This document shows, one piece after another, positions 1-11,007 of a stretch of DNA of 64,000 nt. The DNA comes from an uncultured Winogradskyella sp. (GTDB taxonomy: Bacteria > Bacteroidota > Bacteroidia > Flavobacteriales > Flavobacteriaceae). The first letter of the stretch is position 1. Each line of letters starts with the position of its first letter. The notes under the pieces were generated by a model. It saw only the letters and a list, made by a program, of their open reading frames with translations. It did not search any database and had not been told where the DNA came from. A program made the translations under genes and the position numbers. The stretch covers positions 26,286 through 90,285 of the forward strand of contig CAJXVG010000001.1 in assembly GCA_913061495.1 (NCBI GenBank), written 5' to 3'.

Positions 1-1772
1 ATACAAACCTTTCTGATTCTAAACGTGCATTTGAATCAGTGACATTTCAAATTAAAAAACGCTTAAAACCCGATGCCTATAACAATAAATATATTGTTAC
101 CGTAAATTCTTATAATTCTAAGGAAGCTTCGGGTAAATTGTTAATTAACATCCAAAAAGATAGTTTAGCAAAAACTCTCAACGTTGACGATGTGTTTTTT
201 ACTTCTGCATCACTTCAAAAGATTCAAAAACCTTTAAATCCTCATCAATTTGATTACGCAAAATATCTTGAATTAAAACAAGTATATCGTCAACTATATT
301 TAAAGCCTAGCGAATTATTGTTGGTTTCAGATTCTAAATCTACCATTTATAGCTTTGCGGATGCGTTGCGAAAAAACATAAACTCAAAACTAATTGAAGC
401 CGGATTTAAAGACGAATCGCTAAGCATAATTAATGCTTTGCTTCTTGGCCAAAAGCAAACCATTGACAAAACTATTTATAACAATTATGTAAACTCTGGC
501 ACTATTCACATTCTAGCCGTTTCGGGTTTACATGTAGGTATTATTTTATTGATTCTAAATTTTATATTTCAACCTTTACTCTACTTAAAATATGGTCGGT
601 TTCTGCGACCTTTTATTATTGTCATTTTATTGTGGTGCTTTGCTGTAATTGCTGGGTTATCTCCTTCCGTAACTCGTGCTGTTGCTATGTTCAGCATTAT
701 TAGTGTTGCGATGCATCTAAAACGGCCAACCAATATTTACAATACGTTGGTGATTTCAGCATTTCTAATTCTGCTGTTTAAACCCACTTTTTTGTTTGAA
801 GTTGGCTTTCAAATGAGCTATCTCGCAGTTTTGGGCATTGTTAGCGTTCAACCCATTATTTATAAACTATGGAAACCAAAATCTTACGTTACTGATAAAT
901 TTTGGCAGATTTTCACGGTAACCTTAGCGGCACAGGCTGGAGTTGTACCCATTAGTTTGTTTTATTTTCACCAATTTCCTGGATTGTTTTTTATTTCGAA
1001 TTTAGTCGTGATTCCTTTTTTGGGCTTGATTCTCGGTTTTGGGATTTTGATTATTATTTTGGCTTTGTTGAATATACTACCAGATTTTATGGTTGTAGCA
1101 TACAGTTTTATCATTGATAGTTTAAACGGCTTTATTGGTTGGGTTGCTCAATTTGAAGATTTTTTGTTTCGGGATATTCCGTTTACATTGCTTCAAGTAA
1201 TTTTTGCTTACTTGATTGTTATTGCGTTAGTTCAAGTTTATAAATACCGGAATTTTAAATGGGTAACACTAAGTCTTATTGCTGTAATTGGATTTCAATC
1301 TGTTTTGTTTTTTAATAAGTACTCAAATCAAAACGCTGCATTTGTAATTTTTAATAAGAGCAGGTATTCTTTAATAGGGCAAAAACATAATTCGGAATTA
1401 TCAATCCATCACAACCTCGATTCTGTTAAGCTCAAAACTGATAATGTGATTAAAAATTACAACGTGGGTGAAAATATTAAACACGTAAAGTTAGATCATT
1501 TACAATCCGTTTACCAATATAAAAACAATACTATTTTAGTGATTGATAGTTTGGGTATTTATAATGGAGTTTCATTTCAACCAAAATATATTTTGCTCAG
1601 AAATTCCCCAAAACTGAATCTCAATCGGGTTTTAGACAGCCTTAAACCCAAAGAGGTTATTGCTGATGCCAGCAACTATAAATCTTACATAAAACGTTGG
1701 AAAGCCACTTGTAAAAACAAAAAAATCCCTTTTCACCAAACCAGTGAAAAGGGAGCATTTATCATTGAGTGA
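1..1772 (+). CDS. comEC: ComEC/Rec2 family DNA internalization protein (5' end outside window)
   Basis: Frame is open from base 3 with no upstream stop, so the listed start at 39 is not the true start. Polytopic membrane protein with the competence motif HILAVSGLHVG. Confidence 0.8.
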   Translation, partial: TNLSDSKRAFESVTFQIKKRLKPDAYNNKYIVTVNSYNSKEASGKLLINIQKDSLAKTLNVDDVFFTSASLQKIQKPLNPHQFDYAKYLELKQVYRQLYLKPSELLLVSDSKSTIYSFADALRKNINSKLIEAGFKDESLSIINALLLGQKQTIDKTIYNNYVNSGTIHILAVSGLHVGIILLILNFIFQPLLYLKYGRFLRPFIIVILLWCFAVIAGLSPSVTRAVAMFSIISVAMHLKRPTNIYNTLVISAFLILLFKPTFLFEVGFQMSYLAVLGIVSVQPIIYKLWKPKSYVTDKFWQIFTVTLAAQAGVVPISLFYFHQFPGLFFISNLVVIPFLGLILGFGILIIILALLNILPDFMVVAYSFIIDSLNGFIGWVAQFEDFLFRDIPFTLLQVIFAYLIVIALVQVYKYRNFKWVTLSLIAVIGFQSVLFFNKYSNQNAAFVIFNKSRYSLIGQKHNSELSIHHNLDSVKLKTDNVIKNYNVGENIKHVKLDHLQSVYQYKNNTILVIDSLGIYNGVSFQPKYILLRNSPKLNLNRVLDSLKPKEVIADASNYKSYIKRWKATCKNKKIPFHQTSEKGAFIIE

Positions 1773-1778
1773 TTTTGC

Positions 1779-2333
1779 TTATTTACTTTTAAAACTTGGC
1801 TCAAAAGCTTTAAAATATTCATTAAACTGCTCTTGTGTCTTCATTTCTTTATACTTATCTGTTTTAAAAAGCTTTAAGTACAATTCTAAACCTTGAGGTT
1901 TTTGATAACCTTTTATAGGTGCTATAAAATTAGCTTGTTCATCAAAAAACACAATTGTTGGATAGGCAGAAACCTTTAAGAAACGAGAAAATTCGTGTAC
2001 ACTATTTCTTCTGCTAGACTTTGAAGCATCGTAATTGGGATTTGAAAAAGTCTTGTCTTTATAAGTAACTTCTGAGTTTCCTTCCGCATTAAATTTTACC
2101 GCATAAAAATGCTCATTAACATAATTGGCAACATCCTTATTCTGAAATGTATTTTTATCTAACATTTTACATGGTCCACACCAATTGGTATAGACATCCA
2201 TCATTATCTTTTTGGGTTTTTTCTTTTGAAGCTCCATCGCCTCGTCTAATGTAACCCAATTAATCTGTTGTGCTACCGTAGTAAATGCTAAGGCAAATAC
2301 AAACACTAATCCTAAAGTTATTTTTTTCATCAT
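1779..2333 (-). CDS. secreted thioredoxin-fold protein
   Basis: N-terminal signal peptide (MMKKITLGLVFVFALAFTTVAQ) and thioredoxin active site WCGPCK. Confidence 0.7.
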   Translation of the reverse strand: MMKKITLGLVFVFALAFTTVAQQINWVTLDEAMELQKKKPKKIMMDVYTNWCGPCKMLDKNTFQNKDVANYVNEHFYAVKFNAEGNSEVTYKDKTFSNPNYDASKSSRRNSVHEFSRFLKVSAYPTIVFFDEQANFIAPIKGYQKPQGLELYLKLFKTDKYKEMKTQEQFNEYFKAFEPSFKSK

Positions 2334-2365
2334 AATCTACTAGTTGCAAATCTTGTTCCGAACTT

Positions 2366-2395
2366 ACAAAAAATGCCCCTAAATAGGAGCATTTT
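2366..2395 (-). terminator. intrinsic terminator downstream of the POT transporter gene
   Basis: 9-bp stem (AATGCCCCT / AGGAGCATT, one mismatch), followed on the minus strand by a T6 run. Confidence 0.5.
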
Positions 2396-2415
2396 AAGTT
2401 ATTTTAACGGATTTC

Positions 2416-4008
2416 TTATCTGATACCGTGCATCATTCTAATTAATGTTTTATTTAAGATCAACATAATAATTCCCGCTCCAACAGGCACAGCGGTGAAT
2501 AATAAAAAGAACGTACTCATACCATATTCTTCAACAATTGGATCGATATAACTACCTGTCCAACCAGCAGTTAAATTCGCTATGAAGTTTGCCACAAACC
2601 ACACACCAAACATTAAACCAACTAGCTTAAGTGGCGCTAACTTACTTACGTAAGATAAACCAACAGGTGATACACAGAGTTCACCAAGTGTATGAAATAA
2701 ATACGCTAGAATTAAGAAAATCATACTCACTGATGCTGTTTTTGCGCCTAAAGGAATTCCCATAGAGCCATAAGCTAAAATACCAAACCCTAATCCTAAT
2801 AGTATCAACCCTATGGCAAACTTAACAGGTCCTGATGGATTATATCTACTCTCCCATACTTTTGAAAACAATGGAGCAAAAGCAATTATAAAGAATGAAT
2901 TAAGGATACCAAACCAAGAGGCGGGAACTTCTGATTCTTCTGAATTAAACTCTTTGTTTAACATCCATATTACAATTCCCCAAATAATCACAAAACTTGT
3001 TCCCAATAGTAGATTGGATAAAGCATATTTTGAAAATGTTTGTTTAAATAGCATCAATAAAACCCATGTTATTATCAACATTGGTATTACGGTCAATAAT
3101 GTATTAAAAATCTTAAAGGTTACTGCTCCCTCTCCAGTTAAAACTCTATCTGTATAGTCAGCTGCAAAAACTGTCATTGAACCACCAGCTTGCTCAAACG
3201 CCCACCAGAAAAATATAGTAAAGAAGGCAAATACACCAATTACCTTTAAACGGTCGGATGTTATTTTAGATTTTTCAGCTTCATCAGCAACCTCTTCTAA
3301 AATATCTTTTGTCTCTTCAACAGAATCTTCTACAGCATCGTCAAAGTCTTGAGCATCTTTTGGTGATAGACCTATTTTTCCAAAAATCTTCTGGGCGAAA
3401 TAAAACTGTAACATCCCAAAGAACATAAAAACACCAGCAAGTCCAAATCCATAATGCCAACCTACTTTTTCACCGATATAACCACATAACAGAATACCTA
3501 AAAAAGCACCTGCATTAATACCCATATAAAAAATTGTATAGCCTGAATCCTTCTCCTTGCCTTGACTTTTATATAACTGCCCAACCATTGAAGAAATGTT
3601 TGGCTTAAACATTCCGTTACCAATAATTAACAAGCCTAAACCTAAATAAAAGAAAGCATCAGCCGTAACCTCCAATGCCATTGATGCATGACCTAGAGTC
3701 ATTAATAAAGCACCTATAACTACAGCATTTCTGTAACCAGTAAATTTATCAGCGATAAAACCACCTATTATTGGTGTAATATATACTAAACCTGTATACC
3801 ATCCATAAAGCAAAAGAGCTTCGGATCGTTCCCAGCCCCAACCGCCATCACCTAAAATAGCAGCAGTTAAAAAAAGCACTAATAGTGCTCGCATTCCATA
3901 ATATGAGAAACGTTCCCACATTTCGGTAAAGAACAATACGAATAAACCCGATGGGTGACCTAAAACGGTCTTTTGATTAGTTGCAGAACCTCCAAATTTG
4001 AATTCCAT
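2416..4008 (-). CDS. POT/PTR2 family di-/tripeptide:proton symporter
   Basis: Multi-pass MFS-like protein with the PTR2 signature EMWERFSYYGMRALL. Confidence 0.85.
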   Translation of the reverse strand: MEFKFGGSATNQKTVLGHPSGLFVLFFTEMWERFSYYGMRALLVLFLTAAILGDGGWGWERSEALLLYGWYTGLVYITPIIGGFIADKFTGYRNAVVIGALLMTLGHASMALEVTADAFFYLGLGLLIIGNGMFKPNISSMVGQLYKSQGKEKDSGYTIFYMGINAGAFLGILLCGYIGEKVGWHYGFGLAGVFMFFGMLQFYFAQKIFGKIGLSPKDAQDFDDAVEDSVEETKDILEEVADEAEKSKITSDRLKVIGVFAFFTIFFWWAFEQAGGSMTVFAADYTDRVLTGEGAVTFKIFNTLLTVIPMLIITWVLLMLFKQTFSKYALSNLLLGTSFVIIWGIVIWMLNKEFNSEESEVPASWFGILNSFFIIAFAPLFSKVWESRYNPSGPVKFAIGLILLGLGFGILAYGSMGIPLGAKTASVSMIFLILAYLFHTLGELCVSPVGLSYVSKLAPLKLVGLMFGVWFVANFIANLTAGWTGSYIDPIVEEYGMSTFFLLFTAVPVGAGIIMLILNKTLIRMMHGIR

Positions 4009-4034
4009 ATATAATTATTTAATTAGTAGTTAGT

Positions 4035-6275
4035 TTAGCCTTTAATTTTAGATGACATTTTACCTTTTTTACTATTCATCTCTCTTTTATCACCTAGAGT
4101 TTCGTGAATAAAATTAGTCATCTTTTTATATAAATGAAGTCTTGTGTTTCCTCCGTAAATACCGTGATTTTTATCAGGATATATCATCCATTCAAACTGT
4201 TTGTCTGCTTGTATTAAAGCTTCAACCATTCTCATGGTATTTTGTACATGGACATTATCATCTCCAGAACCATGGATTAACAAAAAGTCACCTTTAAGTT
4301 TATCTACATGATTAATTGGTGAGTTTTCATCATAGCCACTTGGATTTTCTTGTGGAGTTGTCATATAACGCTCCGTATAGATAGTATCATAAAATCTCCA
4401 ACTTGTAACTGGTGCCACAGAAATTGCCATTTTAAAAACATCGTTACCTTTAAACAATGCATTACTACTCATGTAACCACCATAACTCCAGCCCCAAATA
4501 CCAATACGCTCTTCATCAATATAGTTTCGATTTCCTAATTTTTTAGCTGCTGTTATTTGGTCTTCCAACTCATATTTGCCCAATTCGTTTTGTGTCACTT
4601 TTTTAAAGTCCGCACCTTTAAAACCAGTTCCACGTCCATCGACACAAGCTATAATATAACCTTGTTGTGCCAACATCTGATACCAATAATCGTTTGCTCC
4701 ATTCCACCGGTTTGCTACTTGTTGAGAGCCTGGACCAGAATACTGAAACATAAATAAAGGATAGGTTTTATTTGCATCAAAATTGGCAGGCTTAATCATC
4801 CACATGTTTAAATCATTACCATTTACATTAATGGTACTGAATTCCTTCTTTGAAATATTATAGTTGTCTAACTTTTGAGCTATGCCTTTATTCTCTACAA
4901 TTGTTTTTATAACCTCACCAGACTCTGCATTGTTCAGTGTATATTTTGGTGGTGTTGTTGCACTAGAAAAAGTGTTTATAAAATAAGTAAAGTTTGAACT
5001 AAAGGATGCACTATTGGTTCCTTCATTTATTGTTAATCGTTTTTTGTTTTTACCATTCAATTTTATGGAATATACATCGCGATTAATTGAGCCATTCTCT
5101 GTAGATTGATAGTAAATAGTATTGGCATCTTCATTAAACCCGTAATAATTGGTAACCTCCCAATTACCTTCTGTTACTTGATTAATTAATTTTCCGTTTT
5201 TAGAATAGTGATAGATATGGTTAAATCCATCTTTTTCACTCGTCCAAATAAAACTGTTGTCTTCTAGAAATGTAAGGTTAAATGTAACGTCTACATAAGC
5301 TTTATCTTTTTCTGAAAGGACTAATTTTGATGTTGAATTGTCAGTATCTAAAAACCATAAGTCTAATTCATTCTGATGACGATTCATGTATTGAACACTT
5401 AGTACGTTATCCTCATTAGTCCATTTTAATCTCGGAATATAAAAGTCTTCATATTGCTTATCGACACTTAGTTCTGAAAGCTTATTAGACTCTAAATCAA
5501 ACAAATGCAATGACACTTTAGAATTGGCTTCACCAGCTTTTGGGTACTTAAAAACATTTTGTGTCTGGTATAAATCTGAACCGTAAACATCCATTGAGAA
5601 TTCTGGCACTTCGGTTTCATCAAACCTAATGAAAGCTATTTGATCGCTATCTGCACTCCAATCAAACGCTCTTACATAACTGAATTCTTCTTCGTAAACC
5701 CAATCTGTAATTCCGTTTATAATTTCATTTTTAACACCATCAGATGTCAATTGTTTCACTTCTCCAGATTTTAAATCTTTTACATACAGATTGTTCTCAA
5801 AACCATAAGCAATTTTTGTGGCATCTGGTGATAACGTTGGCTCTTGCACCATATTATCAGATACTTTAGTCACTTCTTTTGAAGCTATGTCATATACGTA
5901 ATATTCACCTAAGGTAGAACGTCTAAAAATAGGTTTTGAATTTGTTGTGAGAATGATTTTAGATTCGTCATCACTAAAAGAATAATCCGAAAAACCTTGA
6001 ATCTCTGCAATGTCTCCAGAAGACACTAAAGTTTTTACTTTTTCTAAAGTCTCGTAATCGTAAATATCTATGGTTGAAGTTCTGCTTTGCCTATCAAAAT
6101 TTAGGACCGAATATTGCTTTCCATTATTCATAGAATGAAGGGCTTGCATGCCTTCCGTTCTAAACTGTCCGCTCCAAATTTCTTCGAGTGTAATTTCTCT
6201 TTGTTGCCCATAAACCAAGGCTGTAGTTAAAAAGCCAACTATAGCTACAAAACGTCTTAATTGCATATGTGTCAT
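4035..6275 (-). CDS. S9B family dipeptidyl-peptidase IV
   Basis: Signal peptide. Catalytic contexts GWSYGGY (Ser), GSGDDNVH (Asp) and DKNHGI (His), preceded by a long propeller-like N-terminal half. Confidence 0.85.
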   Translation of the reverse strand: MTHMQLRRFVAIVGFLTTALVYGQQREITLEEIWSGQFRTEGMQALHSMNNGKQYSVLNFDRQSRTSTIDIYDYETLEKVKTLVSSGDIAEIQGFSDYSFSDDESKIILTTNSKPIFRRSTLGEYYVYDIASKEVTKVSDNMVQEPTLSPDATKIAYGFENNLYVKDLKSGEVKQLTSDGVKNEIINGITDWVYEEEFSYVRAFDWSADSDQIAFIRFDETEVPEFSMDVYGSDLYQTQNVFKYPKAGEANSKVSLHLFDLESNKLSELSVDKQYEDFYIPRLKWTNEDNVLSVQYMNRHQNELDLWFLDTDNSTSKLVLSEKDKAYVDVTFNLTFLEDNSFIWTSEKDGFNHIYHYSKNGKLINQVTEGNWEVTNYYGFNEDANTIYYQSTENGSINRDVYSIKLNGKNKKRLTINEGTNSASFSSNFTYFINTFSSATTPPKYTLNNAESGEVIKTIVENKGIAQKLDNYNISKKEFSTINVNGNDLNMWMIKPANFDANKTYPLFMFQYSGPGSQQVANRWNGANDYWYQMLAQQGYIIACVDGRGTGFKGADFKKVTQNELGKYELEDQITAAKKLGNRNYIDEERIGIWGWSYGGYMSSNALFKGNDVFKMAISVAPVTSWRFYDTIYTERYMTTPQENPSGYDENSPINHVDKLKGDFLLIHGSGDDNVHVQNTMRMVEALIQADKQFEWMIYPDKNHGIYGGNTRLHLYKKMTNFIHETLGDKREMNSKKGKMSSKIKG

Positions 6276-6386
6276 TTTTCAATAAAGCAATGCCAAGTTT
6301 ACTAAAAATTATGCAAAAAATCACTATTATTTAGAGTAAATCGGCAATTATAAAAGTTTAAGGACACAATTTATGCCAATCCTAAG

Positions 6387-6394
6387 TATCTTTG
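6387..6394 (+). promoter_or_regulatory. Bacteroidota -7 box (TATCTTTG) for the HMG-CoA reductase gene
   Basis: Exact match to TAnnTTTG, 22 nt upstream of ATG 6416. It overlaps the earlier ATG at 6392. Confidence 0.45.
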
Positions 6395-6415
6395 TGTTTT
6401 AAATTTAATTACTAC

Positions 6416-7717
6416 ATGTACAACCCAATTTCTGGCTTTTCAAAACTTTCAAAAACCGAAAAGGTTAAATGGCTTTTAGACACTTATTTTACAAATAAAG
6501 ATCAAGCTGAAACTTTAGTAACACAATATTGGAATTCTGACCAAAAACTTCAGAAGTTACATGACGAATTTATAGAAAACACAATAACCAACTACTATCT
6601 TCCGCTTGGTGTTGCACCGAATTTTAAAATCAACAACCAGCTTTACACCATTCCCATGGCGATTGAAGAAAGTTCTGTTGTAGCTGCAGCAAGTAAAGCT
6701 GCTAAGTTTTGGCTCAACAGAGGCGGATTTAAAGCTGAAGTAATTTCAACAGAAAAAATTGGGCAAGTTCATTTTACTTATACTGGTAATTTTGAAAATC
6801 TTGAACGTTTTTTCAATTCTGTCAAACCTCAATTAATTTCGTCCACAACTCATATTACCAATAACATGAAACGTAGAGGTGGCGGAATTTTAGATATTGA
6901 ATTAAGAAATAAAACAGAAGAATTAAAAGATTACTACCAACTCCATGCAACCTTTGAAACTTTGGATGCCATGGGAGCTAATTTTATAAACTCATGTTTA
7001 GAGCAGTTTGCGGAAACATTAAAAAACGAAGCTGATAAATCACTTAACGGACAATTAGATATTGTGATGAGCATTTTGTCTAACTATGTGCCAAATTGTT
7101 TAGTACGCGCTGAAGTTTCATGCCCAATTTCAGAATTAAAAAGTAAAGACATTTCAAAACCTGAGTTGTTTGCCCTAAAATTCAAGCAAGCCGTCAGCAT
7201 AGCAGAAGTTGAACCTTATAGAGCTGTAACACACAATAAAGGTATTATGAATGGTATAGACGCTGTGGTTTTAGCCACCGGAAATGATTTTAGGGCAGTT
7301 GAGGCAGGAGTTCACGCGTATGCTGCCCGAAATGGTAATTATACAAGTTTAACACACTGCGCTATTGATGATGACGTTTTTAAGTTTTGGGTTGAAATAC
7401 CATTAGCTTTAGGAACCGTTGGTGGTTTAACCAATTTACATCCTTTAGTCAAATTTTCTTTAGAATTATTAGAAAATCCATCAGCCAAAGACTTAATGAA
7501 AGTAGTTGCAGTTGCTGGACTGGCACAAAATTTTGCCGCAGTAAAATCACTAACCACAACTGGTATACAAGAAGGGCATATGAAGATGCATCTAATTAAT
7601 ATTCTCAATCAGTATGAGGCTACTGAGAATGAGAAAAGTGAACTCATTACATATTTTAAAACTAACGTGGTAACACATAGTGCAGTTGTTGAAGCTATTG
7701 AGAATATCAGGAAGTAA
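6416..7717 (+). CDS. hydroxymethylglutaryl-CoA reductase (class II-like)
   Basis: Motifs EESSVVAAAS, DAMGANFIN and ALGTVGG. Start moved from 6392 to 6416 because the -7 box overlaps 6392. Confidence 0.85.
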   Translation: MYNPISGFSKLSKTEKVKWLLDTYFTNKDQAETLVTQYWNSDQKLQKLHDEFIENTITNYYLPLGVAPNFKINNQLYTIPMAIEESSVVAAASKAAKFWLNRGGFKAEVISTEKIGQVHFTYTGNFENLERFFNSVKPQLISSTTHITNNMKRRGGGILDIELRNKTEELKDYYQLHATFETLDAMGANFINSCLEQFAETLKNEADKSLNGQLDIVMSILSNYVPNCLVRAEVSCPISELKSKDISKPELFALKFKQAVSIAEVEPYRAVTHNKGIMNGIDAVVLATGNDFRAVEAGVHAYAARNGNYTSLTHCAIDDDVFKFWVEIPLALGTVGGLTNLHPLVKFSLELLENPSAKDLMKVVAVAGLAQNFAAVKSLTTTGIQEGHMKMHLINILNQYEATENEKSELITYFKTNVVTHSAVVEAIENIRK

Positions 7718-7761
7718 ATTACTCTAAAAAACTTTTTGGTACAACTGTAGAACAGAACCTA

Positions 7762-8688
7762 TTGGATTTGAACAAAAAAACATATAGAAGCAACGGCAAA
7801 TTATTACTCACAGGTGAGTATGTTGTTCTCGATGGCGCAAGAGCTTTGGCTTTACCTACTACATACGGCCAGAGCCTCATTGTACAACCTAAGAATTCAA
7901 ATACTATAAACTGGAAGAGTTATAATGAATTGAATGACGTTTGGTATAAGGATGAGTTTTTGCTTGAGGACAATGAGATTCTGAAACAAGGTCAGAATGG
8001 CAACGCGGTTTCAAATCGATTAATTGAAATATTAATTGCTGCTAAAACATTAAATCCTCACTTTTTAAATGAAAAGGAGGGTTTCGATATTGCTACGCAT
8101 CAAGATTTTAATCGACTTTGGGGATTGGGCACATCTTCTACTCTAATCAATAATATTGCGGATTGGGCTAAAGTTGATGCCTATAAACTTCTCAATAAAA
8201 CTTTTGGTGGTAGTGGTTATGATATTGCTTGTGCAAAACACAATACTGCCATAACGTTTCGTCTAAAAAATAACAGGGAACCATTGGTTAATTCTGTTAA
8301 ATTTAATCCATCTTTTAAAAATCAGCTGTATTTTGTGTATCTCAATCAGAAACAAAATAGCAGAGATGGAATTGCTTCTTATAAAAAATTAAGCAAGCTT
8401 AATAACTCAATTATTGAGGAAATTAATAATATTACTGATGCTATTATTAAAACAGAAACACTTTCAGGGTTTAATGCTCTAATTGATTCTCATGAGGCTA
8501 TCATTTCAAAATTAATTCAGCAAGACACTGTAAAATCAAAATTTTTCAAAGATTTTAAAGGCTCTGTTAAAAGTTTAGGTGCTTGGGGAGGTGACTTTGT
8601 CTTAGTGACTTCTGAGGCTGAACCTAGCAGTTACTTTAAATCTAAAGGTTTTGACACTGTCATACCATATTCAAACATGGTTTTGTAA
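7762..8688 (+). CDS. GYDIA-family GHMP kinase (mevalonate-pathway kinase candidate)
   Basis: Literal GSGYDIACA motif and N-terminal GEYVVLDG. Adjacent to HMG-CoA reductase. Confidence 0.75.
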   Translation: MDLNKKTYRSNGKLLLTGEYVVLDGARALALPTTYGQSLIVQPKNSNTINWKSYNELNDVWYKDEFLLEDNEILKQGQNGNAVSNRLIEILIAAKTLNPHFLNEKEGFDIATHQDFNRLWGLGTSSTLINNIADWAKVDAYKLLNKTFGGSGYDIACAKHNTAITFRLKNNREPLVNSVKFNPSFKNQLYFVYLNQKQNSRDGIASYKKLSKLNNSIIEEINNITDAIIKTETLSGFNALIDSHEAIISKLIQQDTVKSKFFKDFKGSVKSLGAWGGDFVLVTSEAEPSSYFKSKGFDTVIPYSNMVL

Positions 8689-8708
8689 ACAATCTGGATA
8701 TATAAATT

Positions 8709-8739
8709 AAAAAAGGCTTCACGTATTGTGAAGCCTTTT
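8709..8739. terminator. bidirectional intrinsic terminator between convergent genes
   Basis: 8-bp stem GGCTTCAC/GTGAAGCC with loop GTATT, flanked by an A5 run and a T4 run. Confidence 0.75.
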
Positions 8740-8763
8740 CTATATAATATTAATATCAACAGT

Positions 8764-10911
8764 TTAGTAAACTGTTTTTGCTCTGTTATCTTCAATTTCA
8801 GCAGCCTCCTCTAGCGCTTGGTAAACTTTATTCTGAACCGTGTTTTTACGTGCAGTATTCAACCTATTCATTATAGAGGTGTAATTATCTAATTTTGTAG
8901 CTTCATTGATTTTTGTTACCTCTACAACGTAAACACCTTTTGAACCATCAATTGGCTTAGACGTTTTACCTTCACTTAAACCAAATGCAGCACCAATAAC
9001 TTTAGGCTCTTGACCAGCGCCAGAAAGTGTTGTATTATTCATTGTTACAGCAGCAGCTGTTCTTGGGCTTTGCCCTTGATTTTTAGCAATGTCATCAATT
9101 GTATATGCTGTGATTTTTTCACGAATCATTTTTGCCTTCTTTTCTTTTCTTATTTCTGGCAAGGCTGTTACTGAAGCATCTTCTACATTCATTAATCCCT
9201 CTTCATTTTTCTCAACCACTTTAGCTACTACAAATCCATAGCCTGCTATAGGGAAATTTTTATAGTCACCGACTTCTGTGTCTTCCTCAAATGCCCAACG
9301 TACTATTGGTCTTTGGCTTCCCAAACCTGGAATGTTTTCATCAAGCTCTTTAAAAGTAACTGGTTTTACTGTTAAATCACGTTCTTTAGCAAGTGCATTA
9401 AAATCACCGTCTTTGGCTGCAATTTCAAATTTAGACATTCGGTTGAAAACATCTTGAAGTGTTTCTTCAGAAGGTTCAATTCTGTCAGCAAGTGTTGCTA
9501 ATTTAATTGTTTTATTAAAATTGCTTTGGTCTAAGACTTCAATAACATGAAAACCAAAAGATGTTTCTACTGCATCGATAGCTCCCTCTTTATTATCAAA
9601 ACCGTAAGCTTTGAATTCTGGTGCAAAAGAAGAATTGTATGCCATTTCAATTTCACCATCACTTTCGTTACTTACTTTATCTGAAGATAGTTCTAACAAA
9701 TCCATAAACTTGGTACCGCTTTTGATTTTGTTTAAGATACTATCTGCCGTTTTCTCAGCTTCCTCTCTAGTTTTAGTTATAGATGCATCTGCTCTGGTAG
9801 TACCAACGTATGGCACTAAAATATGGCGAACTTTTACAGAATCTGGACGTTGCTCTATAGCAATTGCCTTAGACAATTTAAAATATTCTCCATCTTTATA
9901 AGGACCGTAGTATTCACCAACTTCTAAATCCATTAAACTATCCTTAGCTGTAGCAGGCAATTGTGATGCTCTTAAATAGACATCGTTATATTTTAAATCA
10001 GAATTTGTGTTAATAAAGTTCTCTACATTATCTGCAGAGTCAAAACCAGCAATAGTATCAGTGGATTCAGTGATATCACTATATTCTACTCTATCATTTA
10101 TTAAGCTTCTTAAGTTAGCTTTAATGGCATCTTCATCCTTTTTTGAAGCTTCTTCCTTAAATTCTACATAAACCACTTCTCTGCTTGCATCAACTTTAAA
10201 TTTCTTTTCGTTCTTTTTAATGTAGTCCTTAATTTCACTTTTGGATACTTTTACAGTGCTGTCTGCAATTGTTGCATAAGGAATTTGCACGTATTTTAAA
10301 TCTACCGTTTTAGCATCTGCAAAATACTCATCCTCTGCTTCAGAAATCGTAGCACCAACACCAGCTTTTATCATGTTGTAGTAACTTTGCTGCATTGCGT
10401 TTGTTGCTATCGTTTGCTCATTGTTTGTCCAGCTTTCATAGTTAACCTGAAAGTTACTTAACGGTACAGCTTCAGGCTGCACATCCTTTAAATTTGAAAT
10501 AAATGCGTTTAGACGATTCACATCAAAATTTCCATTTTCATCTTGAAACTCTGGATATGAAGAAAAACTTGTTTTTAACAGGTTTCTCATTTCATCTTTC
10601 TCTACAGACAAACCGATTTTTTCAAACTCTGACTCAAGAATTATTTTACGTAATTCTTGGTTGTAGATAGCATTCATTGCCTGTGTAGAAGTTTGGTTAG
10701 GCCCAACTCTATCTTGGTAATTTTTTACTTTTTGTTGAAATTCTAAACGGTTAATATCTTCACCATTTACGGTAGCTACCACATCTTGTGCTCCACCTGA
10801 AAATGCAGTGGAATTTTTGAACAAATCACCAATTACGAATGAAAACAATGCCAAGGCTATTACCAATATCAATATTAGTGAGCGTTGTCTGATTTTATTT
10901 AAAACTGCCAT
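8764..10911 (-). CDS. PpiD/SurA-like periplasmic peptidyl-prolyl isomerase
   Basis: N-terminal membrane anchor, long chaperone-like region, and PPIC rotamase motif FGFHVIEV. Confidence 0.7.
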   Translation of the reverse strand: MAVLNKIRQRSLILILVIALALFSFVIGDLFKNSTAFSGGAQDVVATVNGEDINRLEFQQKVKNYQDRVGPNQTSTQAMNAIYNQELRKIILESEFEKIGLSVEKDEMRNLLKTSFSSYPEFQDENGNFDVNRLNAFISNLKDVQPEAVPLSNFQVNYESWTNNEQTIATNAMQQSYYNMIKAGVGATISEAEDEYFADAKTVDLKYVQIPYATIADSTVKVSKSEIKDYIKKNEKKFKVDASREVVYVEFKEEASKKDEDAIKANLRSLINDRVEYSDITESTDTIAGFDSADNVENFINTNSDLKYNDVYLRASQLPATAKDSLMDLEVGEYYGPYKDGEYFKLSKAIAIEQRPDSVKVRHILVPYVGTTRADASITKTREEAEKTADSILNKIKSGTKFMDLLELSSDKVSNESDGEIEMAYNSSFAPEFKAYGFDNKEGAIDAVETSFGFHVIEVLDQSNFNKTIKLATLADRIEPSEETLQDVFNRMSKFEIAAKDGDFNALAKERDLTVKPVTFKELDENIPGLGSQRPIVRWAFEEDTEVGDYKNFPIAGYGFVVAKVVEKNEEGLMNVEDASVTALPEIRKEKKAKMIREKITAYTIDDIAKNQGQSPRTAAAVTMNNTTLSGAGQEPKVIGAAFGLSEGKTSKPIDGSKGVYVVEVTKINEATKLDNYTSIMNRLNTARKNTVQNKVYQALEEAAEIEDNRAKTVY

Positions 10912-11007
10912 TTTACTGTTTTATTTTGTATAAATAAGTCTGCGAAAATAGTATTTTCTAGTAAATAATGAAAGGAGATATCTAGTTTTTATCTTCTAAA
11001 TGATGGA

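Noticed and set aside
6392-6415. N-terminal extension MCFKFNYY of HMG-CoA reductase
   Set aside because: A TAnnTTTG -7 box overlaps this ATG, so the transcript probably starts downstream. ATG 6416 is preferred.
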